Shown piece by piece: positions 48,028 through 61,824 of a DNA stretch of 64,000 nt. This DNA is from an uncultured cyanobacterium (GTDB lineage Bacteria > Cyanobacteriota > Cyanobacteriia > Phormidesmidales > Phormidesmidaceae). The DNA lies in NCBI GenBank assembly GCA_963793265.1, contig CAWBZI010000006.1, positions 992,001 through 1,056,000 of the forward strand, read 5' to 3'. Both the position numbers and the translations under genes were made by a program. The number at the start of each line of letters is the position of its first letter. Positions within the stretch are counted from its first letter, which is position 1. A model generated the notes under the pieces. It saw nothing but the letters and a program-made list of their open reading frames with translations. It had not been told where the DNA came from and made no database searches.

Positions 48028-48521
48028 GACAAGGGCCTCTTAGGTATCTAAAACAGTTCTGAAAGTGGTCTGAAAGTAGTGTCTGAAAACTTGGGCAATA
48101 CTTTTGTCGTTCGCACTAATTTCTCTCTTGTGCCTTCTCTATTAGCTCTACTTAGCAGGTGCTCAAGACCTATGCATCACTGCGCATCAGCATGACGTAG
48201 CTTAGTCTCTCAGCAGAGCCGATGGCAAAAAGAGTAGCGAAAAACGAGGGAATAGTCGAAAACGAGAACTATCTAGAAGTCTGTAAAATCAATGCTAACG
48301 AACCGAAGCCTCTCAGTTAACAAGAAAGTTTTCACGCTTTCTCCTGCTAAGCCTTCAATTTTCTAACACTCATCCCAGACTTCTAGAGAGAGTTTGGTTT
48401 CACTGCAAGCAGCAAATCCGGAGGTTTCTAGCCAGGGGCTAGAGGAGCTTCAGAAATTCGTTAACTGAACAACAGCTATCGAATCATCAGCTAAATCTGA
48501 CTGACAAATCTAGCGAATCGC

Positions 48522-49007
48522 CTAGCTAAGACCAGAACAGATGAAGTCGAAGTAAACGCCCATTTCTTTGCCAGCATCAGCGCCAACAAGACTAGCCGTG
48601 ACTTCTTTCATTGCTTGGATGGCCTGAACGGTTGCACCGACAGGGACGCCCAAGGAGTTGTAAGTCTCTTTCAAACCGTTGAGCACGCGCTCATCAAGGA
48701 TGGAAGGATCGCCAGCGAGCATGGCGTAGGTGGAGTAGCGCAAGTAGTAGTCCAAGTCACGAATGCAGGCTGCATAGCGACGAGTGGTGTACATGTTGCC
48801 GCCGGGGCGAGTGATGTCAGAGTACAGCAGTGACTTAGCAACAGCTTCTTTAACGATTTCAGCAGCATTAGCGCTGATAGACGTTGCCGCACGAACGCGA
48901 AGTTCGCCAGTCTGGAAATAAGCTTTGAGCTTATCCATAGAAGACGAGTCAAGGTACTTACCCTGTACGTCTGATGCATTAATTACAGCAGTAATTGCGT
49001 CTTGCAT
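48522..49007 (-). CDS. apcB: Allophycocyanin beta subunit
   Basis: [20 protein letters not shown]...[18 protein letters not shown]. Confidence 0.98.
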   Translation of the reverse strand: MQDAITAVINASDVQGKYLDSSSMDKLKAYFQTGELRVRAATSISANAAEIVKEAVAKSLLYSDITRPGGNMYTTRRYAACIRDLDYYLRYSTYAMLAGDPSILDERVLNGLKETYNSLGVPVGATVQAIQAMKEVTASLVGADAGKEMGVYFDFICSGLS

Positions 49008-49080
49008 TAGGTTTGCTTCCTTTAATGTGGACTTAGATGAAAAGAATTAGACAAGAACAAAAGTAAGGCTCAGGTGAGGC

Positions 49081-49566
49081 TTACTGGAGGCCGCCAACAA
49101 CGTAGTCAAAGTAAGAAGCAGCTTCAGCAGCTTCATCACCAGACATCATGCCGGTTGCAACGTTCTTCATACAGCGAATCGAATCAGCCATTGCTGGGAT
49201 GGACGTACCGAGAGAGTTGTACATCTCGCGCGCACCAACCAAGCCGATTTCTTCGATGGGTGTAACATCGCCAGCGACTACGCCGTAAGTAATCAGGCGT
49301 AGGTAGTAGTCCATGTCGCGCAGGCAAGTCGCCGTCATTTCTTCGCCGTAAGCGTTGCCGCCAGGAGAAACAACGTCAGGGCGCTTTTGGAACAACTGGT
49401 CGCCAGCCGTTTTGACGATGCGCTCGCGTGACTCAGTAAGTACCTGAGCGATGCGAACACGACGCTCACCAGAGGTTACAAAACCTTTGATGCGATCTAA
49501 TTCACCGGGGCTGAGGTAGCGGGCCTCAGCGTCAGCATTCACGATGGACTTCGTGACTATACTCAT
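49081..49566 (-). CDS. apcA: Allophycocyanin alpha subunit
   Basis: [23 protein letters not shown]...TATCLRD. Confidence 0.98.
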   Translation of the reverse strand: MSIVTKSIVNADAEARYLSPGELDRIKGFVTSGERRVRIAQVLTESRERIVKTAGDQLFQKRPDVVSPGGNAYGEEMTATCLRDMDYYLRLITYGVVAGDVTPIEEIGLVGAREMYNSLGTSIPAMADSIRCMKNVATGMMSGDEAAEAASYFDYVVGGLQ

Positions 49567-50044
49567 TTGTGGATTCCTCCGAAAGAATAAACCAGATGAG
49601 TTTCACTGGCTCTGTAGAAAACAGACAAATAACTTAAGCTTTGTCAAGGCAGCTAGGCTTCGTTAAGGTGACTTGCCTGTTGGGTTAAGGCAACAGCAAA
49701 CGCAAATGCTCTTTGGCTAAGGCGGTTAAAACTTTAGGCTTTTGTATGGTTAAGCAAACAAGAGTTTTCAGTTTCGCGGCTTTGGGCTTCAAGCGATCGC
49801 GCTCAGTGCAAAGGTCTTACCCTTGTTTAATCTCAGCTACCTTCTCGTAAACATTTTCCGGTATTACGCCGTCCTTCTTAGAGGTTTAGCAATATTTCGT
49901 AATAAAGATCCTCAGATTTGCTATTCAGCCTGTTATCTACGAACAGATCAAATGATCTGAATTTGTTACAAAACGAAAAAACGTGGCAACACAAAAGGGC
50001 GCACGGCAAATCGGTGCACCCCTTCAATCATTTAAAACACGCGG

Positions 50045-52759
<2,715 letters not shown>

Positions 52760-53106
52760 TCAAAGACTCCCTATATAAGAATTAGGTCGTTAAAAGCTGT
52801 TAGTCTTTTGGACTGATTTGATCTTCAGAGTAAAACGATTTGGAAGGGCCTTTGCCGGATTGTTAAGAACCGTATTGTTTGAAGCCGCTGCCATCGGGTT
52901 TATTCTGCGTTCTCTTTTAAGTGATCCTTTTGCCTTCCTGATCATAGAAGACAGACGAACTCTCTGAGAGAAGAGATAAGTTTTGTAAACATTGTTTTCC
53001 TTGTGTTTCACCTAAAGCAACGTTGCGAGGGATGCTAGAAAGAGAAACTTTCCTCTATATATCTGTAGCGCCACATTCATAGACTTTTGAAATAGACACT
53101 TGAAAA

Positions 53107-54243
53107 ATGAGCGATGACCCAACAGGCCAGCAGAACAGCCAGAACGTAGCCAAGGTAAGTTCAGCCGTTGCCAAACTTTACGATACCTACCCTTTCCCAC
53201 CAGAGCCGCTGCTAGACGAAGCGCCACCCGGCTACAACTGGCGCTGGCACTGGCCAAGCGCCTATAGCTTTTGCTCGGGTCGTAAGCCTCAGACTAATCA
53301 GGTGCGTATTTTAGATGCGGGCTGCGGTACGGGCGTGGGTACGGAATATTTGGTGCATTTGAACCCTGAAGCAGAAGTAGTGGGGATGGATTTGAGCGCG
53401 GGGGCGATCGCTGTTGCTACAGAGCGCTGCCAGCGGTCAGGAGCCGATCGCGTCACCTTCCACAACCTCAGTATTTACGATGTCGAGCAAATTCCTGGCG
53501 AATTCGACATGATCAACTGTGTGGGCGTGCTGCACCACATGCCTGACCCCATTCGCGGGATTAAGGCGCTGGCGTCAAAGCTAAAGCCAGGCGGCATTCT
53601 CCATATATTTGTATATGCAGAGTTGGGAAGGTTTGAAATTCAGTTGACTCAAGAGGCGATCGCACTCCTCCAGGGCGACCAGCGCGGCGACTACAAAGAC
53701 GGCGTTCAGGTAGGCCGTACGCTCTTTGCCTCACTGCCCGAACAGAACCGGCTGCGAAAGCGAGAAGAGACGCGCTGGGCACTTGAGAACCATCGCGACG
53801 AATGCTTTGCCGACATGTATGTGCACCCGCAGGAGATTGACTACAACGTTAAAACGCTCTTTAACCTAATTGATTCATCTGGGCTTGATTTTGTGGGATT
53901 TTCTAATCCGCAGTACTGGGATTTGTCCCGGTTGATTAGCAGTGCGCCTGAGTTGATGGCAAGAGCTAAAGGGTTGGGGGAGCGCGATCGCTATCGCCTG
54001 ACCGAACTGCTCGATCCTGAAGTGACCCACTACGAATTTTTCCTTAGCCGCCCGCCGCTAGAGAAAACAGACTGGACAGATAGCGAGGCTCTAGCAAACG
54101 CCATCCCTGAGCGTCACGCCTGTATGGAAGGCTGGCCAAGCCGCAGCTTCTTCAACTTTGACTATCAGGTGATTTCGATTACCGAAACAGAGTTCAAGTT
54201 TTTAGAGCTATGCGAGCCAGGGCAGACAAAAGTCTGTAAGTGA
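53107..54243 (+). CDS. cpcM: Class I SAM methyltransferase, probably phycobiliprotein Asn N-methyltransferase; C-terminus apparently frameshifted (probable true end 54343)
   Basis: LY.TYPFPPEPLLDE, LDAGCGTG, GVLHH, DMYVHPQE; position between apcE and atp1 matches cpcM as recalled. Confidence 0.75.
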   Translation: MSDDPTGQQNSQNVAKVSSAVAKLYDTYPFPPEPLLDEAPPGYNWRWHWPSAYSFCSGRKPQTNQVRILDAGCGTGVGTEYLVHLNPEAEVVGMDLSAGAIAVATERCQRSGADRVTFHNLSIYDVEQIPGEFDMINCVGVLHHMPDPIRGIKALASKLKPGGILHIFVYAELGRFEIQLTQEAIALLQGDQRGDYKDGVQVGRTLFASLPEQNRLRKREETRWALENHRDECFADMYVHPQEIDYNVKTLFNLIDSSGLDFVGFSNPQYWDLSRLISSAPELMARAKGLGERDRYRLTELLDPEVTHYEFFLSRPPLEKTDWTDSEALANAIPERHACMEGWPSRSFFNFDYQVISITETEFKFLELCEPGQTKVCK

Positions 54244-54452
54244 ACTGCTTTCAGAGCTTGAGCTAGCCTCACATGACGGGCTAGAAATAGTGCGGCAGCT
54301 TCAAAGGCGTCAGCTCATTTTGTTAGCTCCATCACAAAAATAATCGGGATTCTGTGAGCAAAACTTTTTCTTAAGTATTGTTGCCGTGATATGATCTGCC
54401 TTGGTTTGACACAGTTAACGCTGGTTCAAAACCGGCTAGTCTTACGACTGGT

Positions 54453-55070
54453 TTGACACCTGGTTTCGCACGCCGCCCGTGCAAATATGCCGCTGTGACT
54501 TCTGCAAGAAAATCGATTGGGACGATTCAGCTATTTCAAGACGATGGCGCGATCGCCGAGCAGCTAGCTTCAACGGCCAGCTCAGCAGGCAGTTCACGCA
54601 CAGGTAATGCAGCCGAGCATGACGAGGCCGTTCAAGAGTTGGAGCAAGTGCAGGAAGGGCCGCCTTTACTGCAACGCCCCCCTTCTGAAACCTCCATGCA
54701 AGACTACTATCAGCTACAGCTTGACTTGCTCAGGCTGACCGTTATCTTCGGCGCAATTGTTTTTCCCTGCGTGTGGTGGGCTTACTCACCCAATACAGCC
54801 CTCAACTATTTGCTCGGTGCTAGCACTGGCGTTGTTTACTTGAGAATGTTGGCAAGAAGCGTCGGCAAAATTGGTCGCCAAGCACCCAAGTCCAGTAGCG
54901 GCAGGCTTGCCATACTAATCGGCGTTTTAGTCGTTGCAACCCAGTGGGAACAGCTTTCAGTACTGCCTGTATTTTTAGGATTCTTGACCTATAAAGCAGC
55001 CTTAATTGCCTTCGTGCTGTGGACTGCTGTGCTACCGCCTAAGGAAACATCAACAAGCAACACCCAATAA
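54453..55070 (+). CDS. atp1: ATP synthase protein I (Atp1); start uncertain (GTG 54495 or ATG 54696)
   Basis: YYQLQ..L, NYLLGA..GVVYLRMLA..V, LPVFLGFLTYKAA; first gene of the atp operon. Confidence 0.85.
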   Translation: MTPGFARRPCKYAAVTSARKSIGTIQLFQDDGAIAEQLASTASSAGSSRTGNAAEHDEAVQELEQVQEGPPLLQRPPSETSMQDYYQLQLDLLRLTVIFGAIVFPCVWWAYSPNTALNYLLGASTGVVYLRMLARSVGKIGRQAPKSSSGRLAILIGVLVVATQWEQLSVLPVFLGFLTYKAALIAFVLWTAVLPPKETSTSNTQ

Positions 55071-55149
55071 GACCGCGTGAGTTTTTAGCTTTAGCTCTAA
55101 CGCGAATACGTAAAAGAAATTTAGACAGAAAGAAGAGAATTAAACGGCG

Positions 55150-55893
55150 ATGCTAAACACTTTGCAACTCACCAGCCATTTGCTGGGGTCTTCACTTCTA
55201 GCCAAACTAGAAGTGGGTCAGCACTACTACTGGCACATTGGCGGCTTGAAGCTTCACGGCCAAGTCTTTCTGGTTTCATGGTTTGTGTCTGCGCTGCTGA
55301 TTGGCGTAGCATTCCTCGCCACTCGCAAAGTCGAGCGCATTCCTTCTGGCCTCCAGAACTTTATGGAGTACGCCTTGGACTTCATTCGCGATTTGGCCAA
55401 AGACCAGATTGGCGAAAAAGAGTATCGCCCCTGGGTGCCCTTTGTCGGCACGCTCTTCCTATTCATCTTTGTTTCTAACTGGTCAGGCGCACTTATCCCC
55501 TGGAAGCTCATCCACATTCCAGGCGGCGAGCTAGCAGCCCCCACTAACGACATCAATACAACGGTTGCACTGGCGCTGTTGACCTCACTAGCCTACTTTT
55601 ATGCAGGCTTCCGCAAGCGCGGCCTGGGCTACTTTGCAAAGTACATCGAGCCTACGCCAATTTTGCTCCCTATCAACATCCTAGAAGACTTCACCAAGCC
55701 ACTTTCGCTCAGCTTCCGACTTTTCGGTAACATCCTGGCAGACGAGCTGGTAGTCGCGGTACTTGTGCTTCTCGTGCCTCTATTCGTACCTCTACCTGTA
55801 ATGGTTCTGGGTCTATTTACGAGCGCAATTCAGGCTTTGATTTTTGCGACGCTAGCGGCTGCATACATTGGTGAGGCCATGGAAGGGCATTAG
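55150..55893 (+). CDS. atpB: ATP synthase F0 subunit a
   Basis: [30 protein letters not shown]. Confidence 0.97.
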   Translation: MLNTLQLTSHLLGSSLLAKLEVGQHYYWHIGGLKLHGQVFLVSWFVSALLIGVAFLATRKVERIPSGLQNFMEYALDFIRDLAKDQIGEKEYRPWVPFVGTLFLFIFVSNWSGALIPWKLIHIPGGELAAPTNDINTTVALALLTSLAYFYAGFRKRGLGYFAKYIEPTPILLPINILEDFTKPLSLSFRLFGNILADELVVAVLVLLVPLFVPLPVMVLGLFTSAIQALIFATLAAAYIGEAMEGH

Positions 55894-55985
55894 ACAAGGA
55901 ACTGCCCGGATTTCCGTAGGGGCATAGCACTGCTAAGCCCCTACAGTTTGAACCACACCACCTGAGAGATAGAGACTCTCATTAA

Positions 55986-56309
<324 letters not shown>

Positions 56310-56471
56310 ATTTCTTTAGTTAAGCGAGGTTTTGAAGCGTTCGGCACAAGCTGCTCTCTTCAAGTCCTCTCTTTTATGTGAGAAAGTTTGAGACTTCGTT
56401 TTTAAGCTTTCTCTTTTTTGAGAATTTTAAGAGATGGGCTGTTTAACGATCAGCGAGATTGAGAGAAGACC

Positions 56472-56960
56472 ATGTGGACGGGACTGACATTACTAGCTGT
56501 TGAGGCTGTTGAAGCGACTGAAGAAGCGGGCGGGTTATTTGACCTGGACGCGACTCTTCCTTTAATGGCAATTCAGTTTTTGATTTTGATGGCTGTGCTT
56601 AACGCCATTTTTTATAAGCCTTTGGGTGCAGCTATCGACGAGCGCGATGCCTACGTACGACAGGCTAAAGGAAATGCGCAGGAGCGCTTGGCTAAAGCTG
56701 AAAAGCTAGCGGCTGAGTACGAACAGTCTTTAGCAGATACGCGCCGGAGTGCTCGCAGTGTGATTGAGAAGGCCCAGGCCGAAGCTCAGCAGATTGCTTC
56801 AGCGAATCAGGCACAGGCTCAGCAAGAGGCGACGGCTCAAAGAGAGTCGGTGCAAAAGGAATTAGACGAGCAGAAAGCAACGGCCCTTGGTCAGTTGGAG
56901 AAGCAAGTCGATTCGTTGAGCGATCAGATTTTGAATAAGCTGTTGGGTTCAGCAGCGTAG
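56472..56960 (+). CDS. atpF2: ATP synthase F0 subunit b'
   Basis: [17 protein letters not shown]...FYKPL; operon position. Confidence 0.95.
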   Translation: MWTGLTLLAVEAVEATEEAGGLFDLDATLPLMAIQFLILMAVLNAIFYKPLGAAIDERDAYVRQAKGNAQERLAKAEKLAAEYEQSLADTRRSARSVIEKAQAEAQQIASANQAQAQQEATAQRESVQKELDEQKATALGQLEKQVDSLSDQILNKLLGSAA

Positions 56961-57021
56961 CGGTCAAAGCAAGCAGCAAGACCGAAAAAAGACCAGAGAC
57001 GAAGCAGTATAGGTATCGAAA

Positions 57022-57546
57022 GTGTTAACGGAAGCGGTGGGGCTGCTGGCCTCTGAAACGAAAGGGTTTGGGTTGAATTTCGACATCCTCGAAACCAATC
57101 TCATCAACCTAGTCATTATTATTGGCGTCCTTTTCTACTTTGGCCGGGGCTTTTTGGGTGACAAACTCAAAGACCGTCGCGAGGCGATTGAGAAGGCAAT
57201 TACAGACGCAGAGGCTAGGCAGAAGAAAGCTTCTGCGGGCCTAGCTGAGCAGCAGCAAAAGCTGCAAATGGCTAAGAAAGAAGCTGAACGCATCAAGGCA
57301 GAAGCGCAGAAAAACGCTGAAAGCGCACGTGAGGCTGTGATGGCTCAGTCTGCTAAAGACATTGAAAGGCTGAAGGCGTCGGCGGCTCAAGATCTTTCTT
57401 CTCAGCAGGAAAAGGTTATGCAGGATTTGCGCAAGCGGGTTTCGGCAATGGCCCTGGATAAGGTGCGATCGCGTCTTCCTGAAGCGCTAAATGACGGTGT
57501 ACAGACCAAGCTCGTTGACCAAAGCATTTCCCAGTTAGGAGCCTAA
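57022..57546 (+). CDS. atpF: ATP synthase F0 subunit b
   Basis: FGLNFDILETNLINL. Confidence 0.95.
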   Translation: MLTEAVGLLASETKGFGLNFDILETNLINLVIIIGVLFYFGRGFLGDKLKDRREAIEKAITDAEARQKKASAGLAEQQQKLQMAKKEAERIKAEAQKNAESAREAVMAQSAKDIERLKASAAQDLSSQQEKVMQDLRKRVSAMALDKVRSRLPEALNDGVQTKLVDQSISQLGA

Positions 57547-57551
57547 CCCTT

Positions 57552-58100
57552 ATGAGTATTGCAACTTCCGAGGTTTCTGCACCCTACGCGCAGGCGCTGC
57601 TTTCTATCGCCCAGTCAAAAGATTCTGTGGACGAGCTGAGCCAAACCGCAGGCGAGCTGCTGAATCTTTTGAAAGAGTCAGACGAACTCTCTGCATTTCT
57701 TGCCAATCCCATCACTGATAAGGACGCTAAAAAAGGCGTCCTGAATAAGGTGTTGGGAGAGGGCGCTAACGTGCAGATGAAGAACTTTCTGATGCTGCTA
57801 GTAGACAAAGGTCGCATCTATTTGGTGATGCCCATCCTGCAAGAGTTTCAGTCGAGAGTCCGCGAGCTAAAGCAAACGGTCTTAGCTGAAGTGATATCAG
57901 CCGTTGAGCTGACAGATGAGCAGAAAGATACGGTGCGTCAGAAAGTGCAGCAGATGACAGAGGCCAAATCAGTTGAGCTAGAAACTCGAATTGACCCCGA
58001 ACTCATCGGCGGCGTGATCATTCAAATTGGCTCGCAGGTATTAGATGCCAGCATACGCGGCCAGCTTCGCCGCATCAGTTTGCAGCTAGGTGCGTCTTAA
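57552..58100 (+). CDS. atpH: ATP synthase F1 delta subunit
   Basis: PYAQAL, FL.LLVDKGRI, DPELIGG...DASIRGQL. Confidence 0.96.
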   Translation: MSIATSEVSAPYAQALLSIAQSKDSVDELSQTAGELLNLLKESDELSAFLANPITDKDAKKGVLNKVLGEGANVQMKNFLMLLVDKGRIYLVMPILQEFQSRVRELKQTVLAEVISAVELTDEQKDTVRQKVQQMTEAKSVELETRIDPELIGGVIIQIGSQVLDASIRGQLRRISLQLGAS

Positions 58101-58202
58101 TTACGTCATTAGCGCACGTCATCAGACAAAACGCTAGCGCCTCAGACGAACCCCACCCCAGTTTTAAGTACACAATCGGTAGTTATTAGAGCGATTCCTA
58201 AT

Positions 58203-59717
58203 ATGGTAAGCATCAAACCGGACGAAATTAGCAGCATTATTCAGCAGCAGATAGAAGAGTACGACCAGAGCGTAAAAGCCGATAGCGTCGGGACTGTTCT
58301 ACAAATTGGTGACGGGATTGCCCGCATCTATGGCCTCGATAACACCATGGCCGGTGAGCTGCTCGAGTTTGAAGACGGCACTGCGGGCATTGCCCTCAAT
58401 CTTGAAGAGGATAACGTTGGCGCGGTACTGATGGGTACTGGCCGCAAAATTCAGGAAGGCAGCACGGTAAAATCTACCGGCAAAATTGCCTCTGTTCCTG
58501 TGGGCGATGCGATGCTTGGCCGCGTGGTCAATACGCTCGGTGAGCCAATCGATGGTAAAGGCGATATCAACACGAGCGAGTCTCGCCTGATTGAGTCTCC
58601 TGCCCCTGGCATTATTGGCCGTAAGTCAGTTTATGAGCCTTTGCAGACGGGGATTACTGCGATTGACGCGATGATTCCTGTTGGTCGTGGTCAGCGTGAG
58701 CTGATTATTGGTGACAGGCAGACGGGTAAGACTGCGATCGCTATCGACACCATTCTTAACCAGGCAGACCAGGACGTAGTTTGCGTCTATGTCGCCATCG
58801 GTCAAAAAGCCTCTTCTGTAGCTCAAGTTATCGGTGTACTCGAAGAGCGCGGCGCAATGGACTACACCGTTGTGGTTGCTGCAAACGCAAACGACCCTGC
58901 GGCGTTGCAGTACCTAGCTCCTTATACAGGTGCTTCGATCGCTGAGTACTTCATGTACAAAGGCAAAGCCACTTTGATCATCTACGATGACTTGACCAAG
59001 CAGGCTCAGGCTTATCGTCAAATGTCGCTACTGCTCAAGCGTCCACCCGGTCGTGAAGCATATCCTGGCGACGTGTTCTATCTCCACTCACGTTTGCTAG
59101 AGCGCGCTGCTAAGCTCAGTCCTGAACTTGGCGAAGGCAGCATGACGGCACTGCCAATTATCGAAACCCAAGCGGGTGACGTATCGGCATACATTCCAAC
59201 CAACGTAATTTCGATTACTGACGGTCAAATCTTCCTATCTTCTGACCTGTTCAACTCCGGCTTGCGCCCTGCAATTAACGCGGGTATTTCGGTGTCCCGA
59301 GTCGGATCGGCTGCGCAGACTAAGGCAATCAAAAAAGTTGCCGGTAAAGTGAAGCTTGAGCTAGCTCAGTTTGACGAGCTGCAAGCCTTTGCCCAGTTTG
59401 CCTCTGACCTTGATCCGGCGACTCAGGCCCAGCTTGCTCGCGGTCAACGCTTGCGTGAAATCTTGAAGCAAAAGCAGTATTCTCCTCGCTCTTTGCCTGA
59501 GCAGGTAGCCGTTATCTACGCGGGTATTAACGGTAAGCTCGACGAGATTCCGGTTGAGAAAGTCGCTGACTATGTTGAAGAGCTAATTGGCTATATCAAC
59601 ACCAGCAAGAAGGCTTTTGTGGATGAAATCATGAGCACTAAGAAGCTGACTGACGACGCAATTAAGCTGTTGGAAGAAGCCATTAGCGAAAGCAAGCAAG
59701 CATTCTTGGCAGCGTAG
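58203..59717 (+). CDS. atpA: ATP synthase F1 alpha subunit
   Basis: [30 protein letters not shown]. Confidence 0.99.
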   Translation: MVSIKPDEISSIIQQQIEEYDQSVKADSVGTVLQIGDGIARIYGLDNTMAGELLEFEDGTAGIALNLEEDNVGAVLMGTGRKIQEGSTVKSTGKIASVPVGDAMLGRVVNTLGEPIDGKGDINTSESRLIESPAPGIIGRKSVYEPLQTGITAIDAMIPVGRGQRELIIGDRQTGKTAIAIDTILNQADQDVVCVYVAIGQKASSVAQVIGVLEERGAMDYTVVVAANANDPAALQYLAPYTGASIAEYFMYKGKATLIIYDDLTKQAQAYRQMSLLLKRPPGREAYPGDVFYLHSRLLERAAKLSPELGEGSMTALPIIETQAGDVSAYIPTNVISITDGQIFLSSDLFNSGLRPAINAGISVSRVGSAAQTKAIKKVAGKVKLELAQFDELQAFAQFASDLDPATQAQLARGQRLREILKQKQYSPRSLPEQVAVIYAGINGKLDEIPVEKVADYVEELIGYINTSKKAFVDEIMSTKKLTDDAIKLLEEAISESKQAFLAA

Positions 59718-59781
59718 GGAGACGCGAATAAGGCCGTTAGTTCAGTTTTTTCTGGATTAGCGGCCTAAAGTAATAACGATT

Positions 59782-60735
59782 ATGGCTAATTTAAAACTGA
59801 TTCGCGATCGCATTAAGTCGGTCAAAAACACGCGCAAAATCACCGAAGCAATGCGTCTGGTGGCCGCTGCGAAAGTGCGCCGCGCCCAGGCTCAGGTAAA
59901 CGCAACTCGACCCTTTGCCGACAGACTAGCTCAGGTGCTATACGGTTTACAGAGCAGGTTGAAGTTTGAAGACACGTCTGATTTGCCTTTGTTGCAGCAG
60001 CGTGAGGCTGAGAAAGTTGCCTTATTGGTAATTTCGGGTGATCGCGGTCTGTGCGGTGGCTACAACTCTAACGTCATTCGCCGCGCTGAAAACCGTGCCA
60101 AAGAGCTAACTAAAGAAGGCATTGAGTACACCTATGTGCTGGTAGGCCGCAAGGCTATTCAATACTTCGAGCGTCGTGAAGCGCCTATCTCTGCCAAGTA
60201 CACTGGCCTAGAGCAAATCCCGACCTCTGAAGAAGCTGCGGGTATTTCTGACGAACTGCTCACCCTGTTCCTCTCAGAAACCGTAGACCGCGTAGAGCTG
60301 GTTTACACCAAGTTTCTTTCTTTGGTCAGCAACAAGCCCGTCACTCAAACGCTTTTGCCACTAGACCCACAGGGTTTAGAAGCTCAAGATGACGAGATTT
60401 TCCGACTTACCAGCCGTGACGGACGCCTCGCCGTGGAGCGTTCAGACGCGCCTGATGCTGAAATGAGCGAATTTCCGAAGGACATGCTTTTTGAGCAAAA
60501 CCCTTCTCAAATTTTGGACGCGCTACTGCCCCTGTATCTCAATAATCAAATTTTGAGAGCCATGCAGGAATCAGCAGCAAGCGAGCTAGCCTCACGAATG
60601 ACGGCGATGAACAGCGCCAGTGAGAACGCAAAGGAACTGATGAAGTCTTTAACGCTTTCTTACAACAAAGCTCGCCAAGCCGCGATTACTCAGGAAATCC
60701 TGGAAGTTGTGGGTGGTGCGGCCGCGTTAGGCTAA
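59782..60735 (+). CDS. atpG: ATP synthase F1 gamma subunit (atpC in cyanobacterial naming)
   Basis: [35 protein letters not shown]. Confidence 0.98.
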   Translation: MANLKLIRDRIKSVKNTRKITEAMRLVAAAKVRRAQAQVNATRPFADRLAQVLYGLQSRLKFEDTSDLPLLQQREAEKVALLVISGDRGLCGGYNSNVIRRAENRAKELTKEGIEYTYVLVGRKAIQYFERREAPISAKYTGLEQIPTSEEAAGISDELLTLFLSETVDRVELVYTKFLSLVSNKPVTQTLLPLDPQGLEAQDDEIFRLTSRDGRLAVERSDAPDAEMSEFPKDMLFEQNPSQILDALLPLYLNNQILRAMQESAASELASRMTAMNSASENAKELMKSLTLSYNKARQAAITQEILEVVGGAAALG

Positions 60736-60758
60736 CCAACTTTCATAGTTCGACGACT

Positions 60759-60784
60759 AAGCAGGGTTTCGACCCTGCTTTTTT
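60759..60784 (+). terminator. Terminator of the atp operon
   Basis: AAGCAGGGT-TTCG-ACCCTGCTTTTTT. Confidence 0.85.
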
Positions 60785-60967
60785 ATTGCTAAATCGCAGA
60801 ACCCTTTGCGCGATACCTTTAGAGCACCGGGCTTCAATCTTCAGAAGTACCACGAGCGAAAGCACGATGACGACTGGGAAATTCGTGTAAGTGGTAACTG
60901 GAGAATGCTTTTTAGATGGAACGGGGCCGACATCTCTGAGGTTGAATACACTGATAAAACCCACTAA
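60785..60967 (+). pseudogene. higB: N-terminally truncated HigB/RelE-family toxin
   Basis: Unlisted frame reads ...LRDTFRAPGFNLQKYHERKHDDDWEIRVSGNWRMLFRWNGADISEVEYTDKTH*, ending 21 nt before higA; in-frame stop at 60758. Confidence 0.72.
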
Positions 60968-60988
60968 CGACTACCTAATACAAAAATT

Positions 60989-61294
60989 ATGACTGATAGC
61001 TCTGAACTTATTAGTGCCGCTGAGATCATTGCTGAAGACTATATGGAACCGCTTGGTCTTAGTGGTGCTGCTTTAGCAAAGCGGATTGGCGTAGCGCCGA
61101 GTACTATTAACCGTATGCTCAGCGGTTCTAGCAGTCTTACTGCTGAGCTGGCAGTCAAAATTTGTGCTGTTATCGGCGGCAGTCCTGCCGTTTTGATGCG
61201 TATCGAAGCTGCGTACCGTTTAGCTTTAGCAGAGGCGAGTGTAGATTTGACTAAGTTGGAACGTATTGAATCTCGTGAGCAATTAACTGCCTAG
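60989..61294 (+). CDS. higA: HigA-family addiction module antitoxin (HTH-XRE)
   Basis: EIIAEDYMEPLGLS..ALAKRIGV..STINR...LTAELAVKI. Confidence 0.85.
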   Translation: MTDSSELISAAEIIAEDYMEPLGLSGAALAKRIGVAPSTINRMLSGSSSLTAELAVKICAVIGGSPAVLMRIEAAYRLALAEASVDLTKLERIESREQLTA

Positions 61295-61304
61295 TTTTTC
61301 TATA

Positions 61305-61805
61305 TCAATCATATGTTTGGCACCTTTTCACGAGTTGCACATTCGCGATATGGCGATCGCAATCCAAATCCATTTTCACCGCTACAGCCTTCACCTGCTC
61401 AACATAGCTTTGTGGAAAATCTAGCTTCTCGCACCCTACAACGACCAAATCTCTATACCAAGAAAACGGCACTAAAGCGTCGTCAATGTGCGTAGCTGCT
61501 GCGATATAAGTAATACTTTTGCCAAATCCATCAACGTCTATCAGGGCTCTGTCGTATCCAGAACCCGCGCCTTCATGCCGATCGAGTAAGGTCATCTCGG
61601 CTAATGGAATATTATAGACGGCAACGTAGATGCGATCGCCTTTCCGGCGAACAATATTGCATTTACCCGAAAAATCCGTGTAGCCGCGCTTATGAAAACG
61701 CAATGACATATCATTGATCATCGCCGTGCCCAAAAGCCGAGCTGTCGGCGTCCTTTGCTGCATACGAACCGGATGAAGATTAGAGCCATAGGCGGCATAA
61801 AGCAT
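61305..61805 (-). CDS. Gamma-glutamylcyclotransferase family protein
   Basis: YAAYGSNL and LDRHEG...Y motifs; ATG at 61805. Confidence 0.85.
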   Translation of the reverse strand: MLYAAYGSNLHPVRMQQRTPTARLLGTAMINDMSLRFHKRGYTDFSGKCNIVRRKGDRIYVAVYNIPLAEMTLLDRHEGAGSGYDRALIDVDGFGKSITYIAAATHIDDALVPFSWYRDLVVVGCEKLDFPQSYVEQVKAVAVKMDLDCDRHIANVQLVKRCQTYD

Positions 61806-61824
61806 AATCGTCAGAGGTAGAAGA

